Positions 19,860 through 29,436 of a DNA stretch of 57,923 nucleotides are shown here, in pieces. This DNA is from an uncultured virus (IMG/VR IMGVR_UViG_3300024999_000050) (taxonomy: Duplodnaviria; Heunggongvirae; Uroviricota; Caudoviricetes). Where the stretch lies: the IMG/VR virus record IMGVR_UViG_3300024999_000050. The stretch is one strand, 5' to 3'. The number at the start of each line of letters is the position of its first letter. Within the stretch, counting starts at the first letter, position 1. The position numbers were made by a program, and so were the translations under genes. The notes beneath the pieces are model-generated. The model ran no database searches, had not been told where the DNA came from, and worked only from the letters and a program-made list of their open reading frames with translations.

Positions 19860-20984
19860 TTAAGCGGAAAAACTAGGCCACTTCTTACCGCTTTTAGTTA
19901 CCGGATCAGGAGTTCCCTCGGAGCCAGTAGCAGCTGCCGGAGGATTTGCTTCCATTTTTTCAACGGTTTCAAGGCGTTTGGTAACTTCTTCGATTTTTGT
20001 AGTTAACGGTTCCATAGCTTTCTGAATAGCTTCAGTAATAAGTTCTGCCTCAGTTTTTTGGACCGGTTCTGCTGTTTTGACTACAGTTTCAGTAGTTGCT
20101 CCAGCAGAAGGGGATTCTTCTGTCTTTTTCTTTTCAACATCTTCAAGACGTTTTGTTACCTCATCCATCTTTTGAGAAAGAGGTTCCAAAACACCTTTAA
20201 GAACCGCAGTTAAATCTTCAGGTTTCATCTCGTTATCTTCCCCCTTACCATTATCGTTTTTTGAAACACCCTCACCGGAACCATCTCCTGTATCAGCCGG
20301 AACAGATTCCGCATCCGCAATAAAGTCATTCAATTGACTAGATAAAACCTTTAAGGTGTCCAATCTGGCAGAAGAAACTTTCTTACCTGCCTTTTGAACA
20401 TTATCACTCAATACCGAAGTCATTTGATTTTTGAAGTTTAAAACGGCAGAACCAATATCAGTTTCCGGAGTTTGTGAACTTTTTGAGATGTTAACTAGAT
20501 CCTCAATGAAAACTCCGAAAGCATCATCTACAGTAGTGTTTTCTTCCTGATACTTTTTAACAATTTCCTGGCGTTTGGCTACAGTGAATTGACTAACCAG
20601 AGAAATAACATAATTCTTAAACTGATCACACGCATTACCGATAGCAAAACTTTTATCTGTTATATTTTCATCACCAATGATGTTAAAAATAACATCTCTT
20701 ATAGCCCAATAAGCATCCCAAAGTTTATCATTGTTAACTTCGTAACTTATGGCAGCCGTGAAATCGGTAAAACCGTCACTCTTCTCAACTTTACCTTTGA
20801 AGGATTTAGTAATCGAAGAAATAATTTTTTGGATAGTAGTTTGCTTTTCAGGAATTTGAGTTTCCGGTTCGGCAGAAGTATCTCTTTTCATAAAGTAAAA
20901 CTTTTGCCCAATTGCTCCTTTATCGACATAAGAAACTTCATTAACTTGAGTGTCGTGAAGGAGATTTACTTTAGTTTTCGCCAA
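19860..20984 (-). CDS. Capsid scaffold protein with N-terminal XkdF-type 'EVSYVDK.A' segment
   Basis: L.D..V.EVSYVDKGA...F...K; repeated PL..K..EVTKRLE.VEK coiled coils; directly upstream of capsid. Confidence 0.75.
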   Translation of the reverse strand: MAKTKVNLLHDTQVNEVSYVDKGAIGQKFYFMKRDTSAEPETQIPEKQTTIQKIISSITKSFKGKVEKSDGFTDFTAAISYEVNNDKLWDAYWAIRDVIFNIIGDENITDKSFAIGNACDQFKNYVISLVSQFTVAKRQEIVKKYQEENTTVDDAFGVFIEDLVNISKSSQTPETDIGSAVLNFKNQMTSVLSDNVQKAGKKVSSARLDTLKVLSSQLNDFIADAESVPADTGDGSGEGVSKNDNGKGEDNEMKPEDLTAVLKGVLEPLSQKMDEVTKRLEDVEKKKTEESPSAGATTETVVKTAEPVQKTEAELITEAIQKAMEPLTTKIEEVTKRLETVEKMEANPPAAATGSEGTPDPVTKSGKKWPSFSA

Positions 20985-21026
20985 TATTTACACCTCCTCA
21001 TTATTTTTTGTTTTGTGCGTATCTTT

Positions 21027-22004
21027 TTATTTGTTATTTGTTAGTTGTTTGTATATATCAGATATTTCTTGAGTAATTTCTGAACTTAATGCTTTGTTTT
21101 TTTCTACTTTTTCAACTAAATTTTCATCGTCAATTTCTAATGGAGTTCTGAAACCAACTCCACCAATTGAGTATCCTGTTATTTCTAGTTTTTTAATTTT
21201 CTCTAAAATAACTTCGTTAGGTTTTGTTACAAGAACCCAACTTCCATCATCGGGAGAAATATAAGACTCTAATACTAATCCTATTTCCCAAGGGTTTTCC
21301 CCAAAGTTTTCGTGCATATCTCCAAGCTGGCTTTTTTGAACTACCGGCATTTGTAATCCGATCATAAAACCATGAGCTATTTTTTCGACCTCTTCTGGAG
21401 TACAAATATCAGATTGAGAATCTACATAGTTTGGAATTAAAGCTTTTCCATAAACAATTCCTTTCATTTCATCAACTTTAAAAATATTCATTTGTAATGA
21501 AAAGTCGGTTTGAGTTACACTTTTTTTGACTTCACTATAAACCATAAAATCATCATCTACTTTCTCTATAGAGTAATCTTCTTTTAAAACAAAAGAGTAT
21601 CTGGTGTATCCGTCCTTACTTCCTGAATCTATAAAACCCGTTCTTGTTGCTAAATTTATAGATGCCTGATTATCTGATTTTGTTATGTAGAAAATTTTAT
21701 TAACATCTGGATAATCTTGAATTATCAATTCTTTCATTCCAGAAATTAAAGCATCCGAAATTCCTTTGTTTCTATGATCGGACAAAACAGCAATATTTAG
21801 ATAACATCTTTTCCCTATGATTCTTGTTTCTATAAATCCTACAGGAATATCATCTTCTACATAAATAATTCTCAACTGAGCTTCGTCATAAAACCATCTT
21901 GGACCTAGAAGGTTAATATCATCTTCTGATAATTGAGATATCACAGTATTTGCTTGATCCAAATTAGATAAAATATTTTCTTCTTTTCTTATTACATATT
22001 TCAA
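21027..22004 (-). CDS. GNAT acetyltransferase fused to XkdF-like (S78) prohead protease
   Basis: N-half: IAV..DHRNKGIS.AL, N.ASINLA.R.GF. C-half: IVYG.ALIP..VDSQ.D.....E.EK.AHGFM, MH, ITGYSIGG. Confidence 0.85.
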   Translation of the reverse strand: MKYVIRKEENILSNLDQANTVISQLSEDDINLLGPRWFYDEAQLRIIYVEDDIPVGFIETRIIGKRCYLNIAVLSDHRNKGISDALISGMKELIIQDYPDVNKIFYITKSDNQASINLATRTGFIDSGSKDGYTRYSFVLKEDYSIEKVDDDFMVYSEVKKSVTQTDFSLQMNIFKVDEMKGIVYGKALIPNYVDSQSDICTPEEVEKIAHGFMIGLQMPVVQKSQLGDMHENFGENPWEIGLVLESYISPDDGSWVLVTKPNEVILEKIKKLEITGYSIGGVGFRTPLEIDDENLVEKVEKNKALSSEITQEISDIYKQLTNNK

Positions 22005-22810
22005 AAAATCATCTCCTTAATTTTCACCGTTGGTTTGATTTCTGAAATAACAAAATTTAATTGCTTAAAGGATCTTTCTAAATCAAACCGTGTTTCTATT
22101 GGCTGATAAATCTTTCTTAATGTATCAAAGAAATAAATAATATCTTTAGGTCTGAAATTTATTTTCATAGATGTTTCTACTATCCTGGTGTTATATAAAT
22201 CATCTCTTAATTCGACATGAAGAATAGCTGTTCCAGGAGAAATATTTCTTGTGTCTAATTCTAAAGTTAACCTTTTCTCATCTACAAAAGAAAAAAGAAG
22301 ATCATGTTTTTCGCCTAACCTATCAACCAGATAAATGTTTTGAAATTCCGTATCCAAAATTTTATCTGAATTTATTGTTAGTGAAATAATGTCTTCTTGA
22401 TAAATTTCTATAGGAAACCCTATACTTAAGTTTGGATTTGAAACATCCAAAACTAACTCAATCCAACTACTTTTATTGAAATAATTTTCAGGATAGATTC
22501 TTATATCTTTCTCAATAATTCTAGGATTATGAAGATCGTCTCTTAGGGAAATAAATAATTGAATTATTCCCGTAGGTATATTTGTTGTATCTAGTTCTAA
22601 GGTTAAATTATTTTCATCCATGAAATTAAAAAGGAGAATATTTTTCTCTCCTAATAGGTCTATCAAATAAATGTTTTGAAATTCAGTATCCAAAATTTTA
22701 TCTGACACAATTCTAAGAGATACAACATCTCCTTGATAAATTACCGATGGATAGTCTACTTCAATATTTGGATTAGAAATATCAATAATTAATTCAATCC
22801 AACTATTCAT
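22001..22810 (-). CDS. Ig-like protein with an internal tandem duplication; probable start 22810
   Basis: Two ~114-aa repeats starting SWIEL..D.SNP, each containing SDKILDTEFQNIYL. Confidence 0.7.
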   Translation of the reverse strand: MNSWIELIIDISNPNIEVDYPSVIYQGDVVSLRIVSDKILDTEFQNIYLIDLLGEKNILLFNFMDENNLTLELDTTNIPTGIIQLFISLRDDLHNPRIIEKDIRIYPENYFNKSSWIELVLDVSNPNLSIGFPIEIYQEDIISLTINSDKILDTEFQNIYLVDRLGEKHDLLFSFVDEKRLTLELDTRNISPGTAILHVELRDDLYNTRIVETSMKINFRPKDIIYFFDTLRKIYQPIETRFDLERSFKQLNFVISEIKPTVKIKEMIF

Positions 22811-23108
22811 ACAAAGACCATTCTCCGCTTGAATTCTTTCCATAAACATTAATTCTATAGGTTTTATTTATATATGTTTCTGTATCCAGTTCTGTAGAAT
22901 CAACATAAAAAGATTGTTCTGTTTCTGCTGTTAAAGAAGTTCCACTCCCTACAAGTAAACCTGTTCCCGGACCGGTTCCGTCTGCTCTAGCTTCCCATTC
23001 TGTTAGATTTTGATCTGAAGTAAAAACTATTGTGCAAGAATTAGATCCTTCCTTTCGGGAGATAACAGGAACAGATCTTGATATTATATTTATAATTGGA
23101 TTAGACAT
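22803..23108 (-). CDS. Ig-like structural protein
   Basis: Resembles the C-terminal half of 23187..23897. Confidence 0.6.
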   Translation of the reverse strand: MSNPIINIISRSVPVISRKEGSNSCTIVFTSDQNLTEWEARADGTGPGTGLLVGSGTSLTAETEQSFYVDSTELDTETYINKTYRINVYGKNSSGEWSLYE

Positions 23109-23145
23109 ATTCTCAACTCCAATCTTTATATTAAAATTACATAAT

Positions 23146-23183
23146 AAAAAAGAGGAGACCTATAAAAGCATCTCCTCTTTTTT
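23146..23183. terminator. Bidirectional intrinsic terminator
   Basis: AAAAAGAGGAGA-loop-TCTCCTCTTTTTT. Confidence 0.85.
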
Positions 23184-23186
23184 AAA

Positions 23187-23897
23187 CTAGATAGTAGTCC
23201 ATTCTTCAACATCGGAATGCTCTTTGACAAACACTTTAACGATGTTGGGGGTTTCTCCGGAAGCTGCCCCGGCAGCGATAAGATCATCATAATCGACAGT
23301 AACAGAAATAGGAGTTGTGGCCGGATATTCTCCAGCATTACCAGAAGTATTAGCAGAACCGTTTGTAGTACCAATAACGGTTCCATCGGCATACACAGAA
23401 CCAGTAGTCGGAACCACCATAACTACGTATTCGTCAAAAGCGGTATCCGCTTGGAATGTGAATACGGCAGTTCTTTTGCCTGTCTTATTACTAATCCTCG
23501 GCACGTTAGGATCCCCAGTAGTAATAGCCGGACTTGTTTCATCCAAGGTAATAGTGTCATTTGCTGAACTAGACACGTTATCAACGGTATCCATGATCTT
23601 TACATAAATAGTCTTGAGACCGTCACCAGAGACCAGTTTTACTTGCTGTGTTACTTCATTAACATCCCAAGTAGGACTGAAGTAAATAGCATCAGCTTCG
23701 TCGGTCTGAATGTTGGGATTTTCGGTCTCGTCAACGTCACCCCAGATTTTAACTTTATATCCCGTAGCATCAGCATCGGACGTAGCGATTGCACAGTCAA
23801 CCAATTGACCCGTTGTAAAATTAGCCCCACCCTCAAGCGTAGCGGTAACTCCTGCCGGTCCTGTAACATCGAGAATTAGTTCTACATAACTAGCCAT
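23187..23897 (-). CDS. Ig-like virion protein (probably abundant)
   Basis: L..GDG.KT.YVK..D...N.S...DTITLD Ig motif; T/A/D-rich; followed by a terminator. Confidence 0.7.
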   Translation of the reverse strand: MASYVELILDVTGPAGVTATLEGGANFTTGQLVDCAIATSDADATGYKVKIWGDVDETENPNIQTDEADAIYFSPTWDVNEVTQQVKLVSGDGLKTIYVKIMDTVDNVSSSANDTITLDETSPAITTGDPNVPRISNKTGKRTAVFTFQADTAFDEYVVMVVPTTGSVYADGTVIGTTNGSANTSGNAGEYPATTPISVTVDYDDLIAAGAASGETPNIVKVFVKEHSDVEEWTTI

Positions 23898-23922
23898 AAT
23901 GTTTTACCCTCCCTTTTTTCAT

Positions 23923-24339
23923 TTATAAGAGATTAGAGGAGATCTTTGTTTCGACTTTTAAAGAAACTGTTTTGTCGTTAACAGGTAATTCTCCAGAGAT
24001 CGTTCTGTCTTTAACCCAGAATACATAATTTTTATCCTTGATAACTTCATTTATTTCTAAAGAGTCACCATAACTTAGAAATATTCCTGGCTGTTCGTTA
24101 TCATCTAATGCCAAACTCCATCTATCTTCATTTTCTCCAAAAGGAGTTATTTTGACATTATTAGAAGTTTCGTAACCAAAAATACATCTTATAGCTAATT
24201 TTATTGGTAAACTCTCTTCGTTAAAAGAAGTATCTAAAGGATCTGATAGTACCGGATTAAGCCTATCTCCGCTAGAAACATTATCCCCATCTTCTACCCC
24301 TACTGTTGGATTATTGTTTAAAAGTAGAATGTAATTCAA
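23923..24339 (-). CDS. Hypothetical virion-associated beta-sandwich protein
   Basis: 138 aa; NPT.G..DG..VS..., KLAIRC..GY motif. Confidence 0.55.
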   Translation of the reverse strand: MNYILLLNNNPTVGVEDGDNVSSGDRLNPVLSDPLDTSFNEESLPIKLAIRCIFGYETSNNVKITPFGENEDRWSLALDDNEQPGIFLSYGDSLEINEVIKDKNYVFWVKDRTISGELPVNDKTVSLKVETKISSNLL

Positions 24340-24394
24340 GATTCATTCTCCTTTTCAAAGTTTTTAATTTTTTCTGTTAATAAAAATCTTAAAA

Positions 24395-24697
24395 TCATAT
24401 CTCTATTTCAACCGTAACTTTACCAGTATATATTTCATCAAAAATACTTACTGAAAAAAGGAAAGAATAAATATCTGGTAAAAGTTCATTCCAGTCTAAA
24501 ATAATATAAACCTCTGCTGGAGAGGTTTTAGTAGGTTGAATTATGAAAATCTGCCTTTCATCAATAGAAACAGGTGTTTTTTCGTCCATTCTTTCAACCT
24601 TAAATTCTGCATCACTTATCACAAAATTATTTTTCTTATTACTTGATTCTAATTCTATTCCTACCTTTCTTTTTTCACCGTCTTTAATACTAATCAA
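24395..24697 (-). CDS. Hypothetical beta-sandwich protein
   Basis: 100 aa, SD. Confidence 0.55.
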   Translation of the reverse strand: MISIKDGEKRKVGIELESSNKKNNFVISDAEFKVERMDEKTPVSIDERQIFIIQPTKTSPAEVYIILDWNELLPDIYSFLFSVSIFDEIYTGKVTVEIEI

Positions 24698-24698
24698 A

Positions 24699-26720
24699 TT
24701 AAAAACTCCCCCTTACAATTGAAAATATTTTTTCAAATGATTCTTTGTCATTTTTGTATAACTCTTTTATAGATTTACCAGAAAGTAATTTTGGTAATAT
24801 TCTTGCCATAAAATCACTCTGAGATAACTCTTTAAATATTCCTGAATTAGTATTCTGAATGTAGAATCCAATATATCTTAGAATATCTTCTTCATCCGAC
24901 TCATCATTCAAGTAAATAATATTGTTGATTAAATCGTAATAACTTTCCTCTTTAACATAGTGAATTATTATTGGGGCAGTTAATACGGAGCCAAAAATAT
25001 AACCTTCCACCCAATCGATCATATTAGATATTTTCTTAATTGTTTTATTTGAAAAACTATCTTCTACAGAAACATCTAAATCAAATTTTGGGCTAAATGA
25101 CTTAAAGAAAATTTCTCTAAAATCATCATTAGGTAGATTCAATATTTCTTCTACTCCACCAAAAGTATTTTCTATGTCTTTCAGGTCTATCTCAAAATTA
25201 ACAGATCCGGCTAACATTTTATTCTTATAACAATATTGCTTTAAGAATTGTCTTTTTTCTTCTGGTGTTACTATATCAAATTCAAACCTATTATCTCCGT
25301 CAAAAAACGTATCTATAACGTCTTGAACGGTAAGACCAGGTAGATGTTCTTGTTCTTGTTTAACAAATATTTCTGTTGCTGAATAGATGATATCTTCTAT
25401 CTCGGAATCGTAAGCTGTATAAATAACATCATCAACAATAATAGTTTTATTAGGTATCTTGAACCCTGTTTGTTTTATTCTATACCTTTTAGGCCCTTGA
25501 GGAAGTCTTGAAACTTCTCTAAGAATTTCTTTTTGACTTACCAAAGGATAATATTTATAACCCTCTTCAGGTATCTTGAAGTATTCAGGAATGGTTATGT
25601 TTTTAGACTCCGCTAAAATAATTTCTGGAGTTATTTCTGAAACCAAAGATAATTCCCGATTAACATTTTTAATGTTTCCAAAAACAATGTTTTCATAGCT
25701 ATTTCTAGTATCTAAAACAAAAACATTTCCTGATAGATCAACTTCCATTTCTCTCATTGTTTCTTCTGCTTGTTTTGCCATAATACTCATATTTTGATTT
25801 AATAAATTATTTATTTCTTCATTATCAATCATTTCTTTTTCTAACTTCCTAGCTAACCTCTCCATATATTTTAGGGAATAATCTATATAGTGTTGTGGAA
25901 GGTCTTCCTTTATAGATTCCATAGGATCTTCTATCTCATAATCCTCATCATCTGTTTTTCTTTTTATTTTATCAGGACTTTGACCAGAAAGTAGACTACA
26001 TCTACAATTTATTACTTCACTTGGAATACCCGAAGGATCTCCCGGAAACATCAATCCATTAGGAAACGGTTCATCTATTGGAACAGTCTCCAGATGCAAT
26101 TTTTCATGTGATTTTCTTTGTCTACCGTCTATATGAGTTTGCCAAGTCTTTTTATCTACATTAAAGTCTTCTTTTAAAGACATAAATCTAGCAAAGTTTC
26201 TTGCTCTTAATGTTTCAGTTCTTGCTATTCTTTCTGCCTCGTAATCGGAAAACTCCTGAAAAGACTTATGGATGGAATGGATCATATCGTTGATATCTCC
26301 ACCCTTTTCATTCTGATCTTTAATCAATCCCAGAATATTTCCTCCATTTATCCGATCTAGAGTTTTTTGACTGGCCTTAAATGTGTAGTTGTCTAGAAAT
26401 TTAGAAGTTCTTTTATCGTATAAAGTCCAGTCTATTAATCCATCATCAAATTTGACTGAATGATTTATTGTTTCTATTTTTATTCCTTGATTAAAAGATT
26501 CCCTTATAACTTCATTTAATTCTTCTACCGGAACCATAGCTATTAATTTATCCTCTAATTCTTGAGGTATGCCGGAAGATGATTTTATTATAAGACCATC
26601 AAAATCTGATCCCCAAAATGAAGTCATAATATTTGTTTGCCATTTCTGAAATACTTTAATTATTTCATTTTTTAACTTATAAATTCTGTTTTCTAGCTGA
26701 CGTTGAATTTTTTGTTCCAA
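24699..26720 (-). CDS. Minor head protein MuF (SPP1 gp7-like) with long C-terminal extension
   Basis: AERIARTE, K.W....D.R.R.SH..L, LMFPGDP....EVINCRC. Confidence 0.9.
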   Translation of the reverse strand: MEQKIQRQLENRIYKLKNEIIKVFQKWQTNIMTSFWGSDFDGLIIKSSSGIPQELEDKLIAMVPVEELNEVIRESFNQGIKIETINHSVKFDDGLIDWTLYDKRTSKFLDNYTFKASQKTLDRINGGNILGLIKDQNEKGGDINDMIHSIHKSFQEFSDYEAERIARTETLRARNFARFMSLKEDFNVDKKTWQTHIDGRQRKSHEKLHLETVPIDEPFPNGLMFPGDPSGIPSEVINCRCSLLSGQSPDKIKRKTDDEDYEIEDPMESIKEDLPQHYIDYSLKYMERLARKLEKEMIDNEEINNLLNQNMSIMAKQAEETMREMEVDLSGNVFVLDTRNSYENIVFGNIKNVNRELSLVSEITPEIILAESKNITIPEYFKIPEEGYKYYPLVSQKEILREVSRLPQGPKRYRIKQTGFKIPNKTIIVDDVIYTAYDSEIEDIIYSATEIFVKQEQEHLPGLTVQDVIDTFFDGDNRFEFDIVTPEEKRQFLKQYCYKNKMLAGSVNFEIDLKDIENTFGGVEEILNLPNDDFREIFFKSFSPKFDLDVSVEDSFSNKTIKKISNMIDWVEGYIFGSVLTAPIIIHYVKEESYYDLINNIIYLNDESDEEDILRYIGFYIQNTNSGIFKELSQSDFMARILPKLLSGKSIKELYKNDKESFEKIFSIVRGSF

Positions 26721-28201
26721 TCTTCAGAACCTCTCTTGATTACTTTTTTCTTCTCTTTATTTTGATCATCCTTATTATCAATCTTTTCAGTACCATTTTG
26801 AATAGGAGGAGTATCACTAGGAAATTCGTCTCCACCGGGAAGAGGTCCTGAGCCTCTTTGTTTTCTTATTTCGTTTGGAGTATAAATTCTTGAATCTACC
26901 CAATTCTTTGCTGCTTTGGATTCAATTTCGTCTATTTCTGCTTTCAATTTCTTATCGTCAATATCAATTTCGGCAAACTTCAAATAGAAGTCATATATTC
27001 CGAAACATTTTTTTATTAATCTTTTTAGTCTATGTTCTAACTTAACTTGCCTGGGAGTTACCACAGAGTTCTTATAAACAACTGTAGCGTTCTCGCTCAC
27101 GTTACTACCTAGACTACCTGTTTCAGCTATCCCTATGCGATATGGGGGCATTCCATGAGCTACTAGAACCTCATCTCTATTATCTTTTCTATAGAGCCGG
27201 AAATGTCCGTCACGGACTTCAACGGCTAATGGTATTAAATGAATCTTACCACCTTCAGGACATTCCAGGATAAGAGTTCTGTGAGAATTTTGGGTTCCCT
27301 TAAGATCTCTAAAATGTTTCTTAATGATATTTCTTACTTCAGGTGTTACTTCCCCACCCTCCATAATTATAGCGTACTGAGGAATAGCCCCGTTTGCAAA
27401 AAAGGCTATGTTATAATCCCTGGCTTCGTTGTTGCCGATCATGGCTCCGATTGCAGGAATCCATTCTGGAACCCCGTACCAGTCGTTTAATGTGCTGTAA
27501 TTGTCCATCCATATCATTTCGTTCATAGGTTTACCTGTGTTGGGATCTATTCTTTCTTCCATGTCTCCAAGTTTCTTAAAATGTCTTTCTGCAATGAGGA
27601 TACCCTTACTATTGAAACGCCTCTGAATGTAGCCCCAATGAACATGATCTTTTACTGCTTTTCTCATAGTGTAAGATGGGACATGATAAAAAGCGTATGG
27701 TTTTTTTGCTTTATTTCTTGTCATTTCAATACATTTCCAGCCTATTGATTCGTAATCCACCCAAGCATTTTCTAAAACTTCTACGAGTTCTATATCTGGG
27801 TTAGCTTCTGTAAAAAAGTCAACTAGAGTTTTATAATTAGTTCCCTCTTTTGGTTGAAGAGGATCTATGGGGAGTATGTCCCATCCTAAACAGCAAACAT
27901 CAATAGCTTTCTGTTTAACAGAACGTAGATGGAAAACAGAATCCTCTAAGAACTGTCTGAGCTTATACGGATCATAGGGAGGTCTTATAACTTCACCTGT
28001 CAGATATCGATCCCTCCAAGATTCGTCTAAAAGCTGTGTTGATTCGGCCGACTCATCAAATATTTTCATTTTGTTGTCAGCCTTAAATACTTTATTTTTC
28101 TTAACCTCTTGAATTTCTTGAATTTCACCTTCACTATCTACAACATATGATTTATGCTGTTTTTCTACTTTGACACCAGGAGGAAGTATTAATCCAGACA
28201 A
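26693..28201 (-). CDS. Portal protein (PBSX XkdE-like)
   Basis: PPYDP..L, YGVPEW.PA, YN..FFANGAIP, AHG.PPYRIG, TPNEIR. Confidence 0.92.
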   Translation of the reverse strand: MSGLILPPGVKVEKQHKSYVVDSEGEIQEIQEVKKNKVFKADNKMKIFDESAESTQLLDESWRDRYLTGEVIRPPYDPYKLRQFLEDSVFHLRSVKQKAIDVCCLGWDILPIDPLQPKEGTNYKTLVDFFTEANPDIELVEVLENAWVDYESIGWKCIEMTRNKAKKPYAFYHVPSYTMRKAVKDHVHWGYIQRRFNSKGILIAERHFKKLGDMEERIDPNTGKPMNEMIWMDNYSTLNDWYGVPEWIPAIGAMIGNNEARDYNIAFFANGAIPQYAIIMEGGEVTPEVRNIIKKHFRDLKGTQNSHRTLILECPEGGKIHLIPLAVEVRDGHFRLYRKDNRDEVLVAHGMPPYRIGIAETGSLGSNVSENATVVYKNSVVTPRQVKLEHRLKRLIKKCFGIYDFYLKFAEIDIDDKKLKAEIDEIESKAAKNWVDSRIYTPNEIRKQRGSGPLPGGDEFPSDTPPIQNGTEKIDNKDDQNKEKKKVIKRGSEDWNKKFNVS

Positions 28202-28260
28202 ATGTATATCAATCCTTTCTGTCGTTTTGTAATTTGGTTAATTTTGAAGTTTTAAAACGT

Positions 28261-28293
28261 AAAAAAAACGACTAAGTAAATTCTTAGTCGTTT
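28261..28293 (-). terminator. Intrinsic terminator upstream of portal
   Basis: AAACGACTAAG-loop-CTTAGTCGTTT + T-run. Confidence 0.85.
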
Positions 28294-28300
28294 GATTTGG

Positions 28301-28501
28301 TTATTTAATTTCTGAAAGAAGTTTTTCTAAAATATCTTGTCTTCCCTTTTTGTAATTTGTATCTTGAAATTTTTTATTTTCTTCAATTAATTTTTGGATG
28401 ATTGATTTTATTCTTTTCTTCTCTATTCCTCTCCCTTCTAATATTCCTTCAGAATTATGTCTTCCCAACATTCTACTTAACTCTCCCTGACTAACCTCCA
28501 T
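28301..28501 (-). CDS. Hypothetical protein
   Basis: 66 aa, coupled to upstream gene. Confidence 0.5.
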   Translation of the reverse strand: MEVSQGELSRMLGRHNSEGILEGRGIEKKRIKSIIQKLIEENKKFQDTNYKKGRQDILEKLLSEIK

Positions 28502-28691
28502 TAATCATTTCCTTCAAAAGAGAAAGTAACTCTTTTAGTGTTTCTATTTTTGATTCTAATTTAGATATTTCTTTTTCTATTTTATCAGCAGAAAACTTTT
28601 CTAAAGGTATTTCCTCTAAGTGAGGAGCGTTTTCAAAAATATTTGTAATATGAATCTTTCCGGTTATGGTATTTCTATAAATCCTTTTCAT
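28491..28691 (-). CDS. Hypothetical protein (start MKRIY at 28691)
   Basis: GGAGG SD upstream of this ATG. Confidence 0.55.
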   Translation of the reverse strand: MKRIYRNTITGKIHITNIFENAPHLEEIPLEKFSADKIEKEISKLESKIETLKELLSLLKEMINGG

Positions 28692-29235
28692 TCCTAGCCC
28701 TCCACCAAAATCTATCATATTGAATTCCAGAAGGATATACCCAATCTTTAAACATAATAGATGCCGAAGAATTGCAGAATATTTCCTCTGGATCTTTTTC
28801 ATGTATTTCATCATTTAGAGTAGTTCTTGGATCATTGTAATACGATTGAAGATCCGGATAACCCAATTCTCTAGAATAATGAAAAGTTTTATAAATCATG
28901 TAATAATAAGTTATTTTATTTTTCCGTAGAACCATATGGGTTAATTCGTGAAAAATAAGCCACAAGATACTTTCTGTTGTTTCATATTTATCTGCATAAA
29001 CAAATATTTCATTTTCTACAGGATAACAAGTTCCACGGAATGACTTATCCCCAGGATATTTTAATCCTTTAGTATACTTATCATTTTCAAAGAAGAACTT
29101 TTTATGTTTAACTCCTATAATATAAATAGGAGTATCTATATCTGGTCCCCAAATTGTGTTTTGTATTTCAGAACATATCCTTCTGATTTCTACTAAATCA
29201 ATATGATATGGGACATCAAAATCTATAATATTTAT
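28675..29235 (-). CDS. HExxH zincin-like protein (ImmA/IrrE-like), probable ATA start
   Basis: Frame is open 90 codons beyond the track ORF up to ATA 8 nt after GGAGG; FHELTH plus downstream EE.FCN. Confidence 0.65.
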   Translation of the reverse strand: MNIIDFDVPYHIDLVEIRRICSEIQNTIWGPDIDTPIYIIGVKHKKFFFENDKYTKGLKYPGDKSFRGTCYPVENEIFVYADKYETTESILWLIFHELTHMVLRKNKITYYYMIYKTFHYSRELGYPDLQSYYNDPRTTLNDEIHEKDPEEIFCNSSASIMFKDWVYPSGIQYDRFWWRARNEKDL

Positions 29236-29436
29236 TTAGAAAACCTCCTTCTTATCAAAAATAATCTTACTGTCTCCCACATAACCATATTTGATCATTT
29301 CATCAATTTGAGAAATAGGAACAACTCTTTCGTAGGTCTCCAGGGTTACTTCCGTTTTTTCTCCTGCCATAGTACAACTTTCTAAATAATGTTTATAACA
29401 TAATTCATATTTCTCATCGACTGATAGATTTTTCAT
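29236..29436 (-). CDS. Hypothetical protein
   Basis: 66 aa, ATGA overlap. Confidence 0.55.
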   Translation of the reverse strand: MKNLSVDEKYELCYKHYLESCTMAGEKTEVTLETYERVVPISQIDEMIKYGYVGDSKIIFDKKEVF

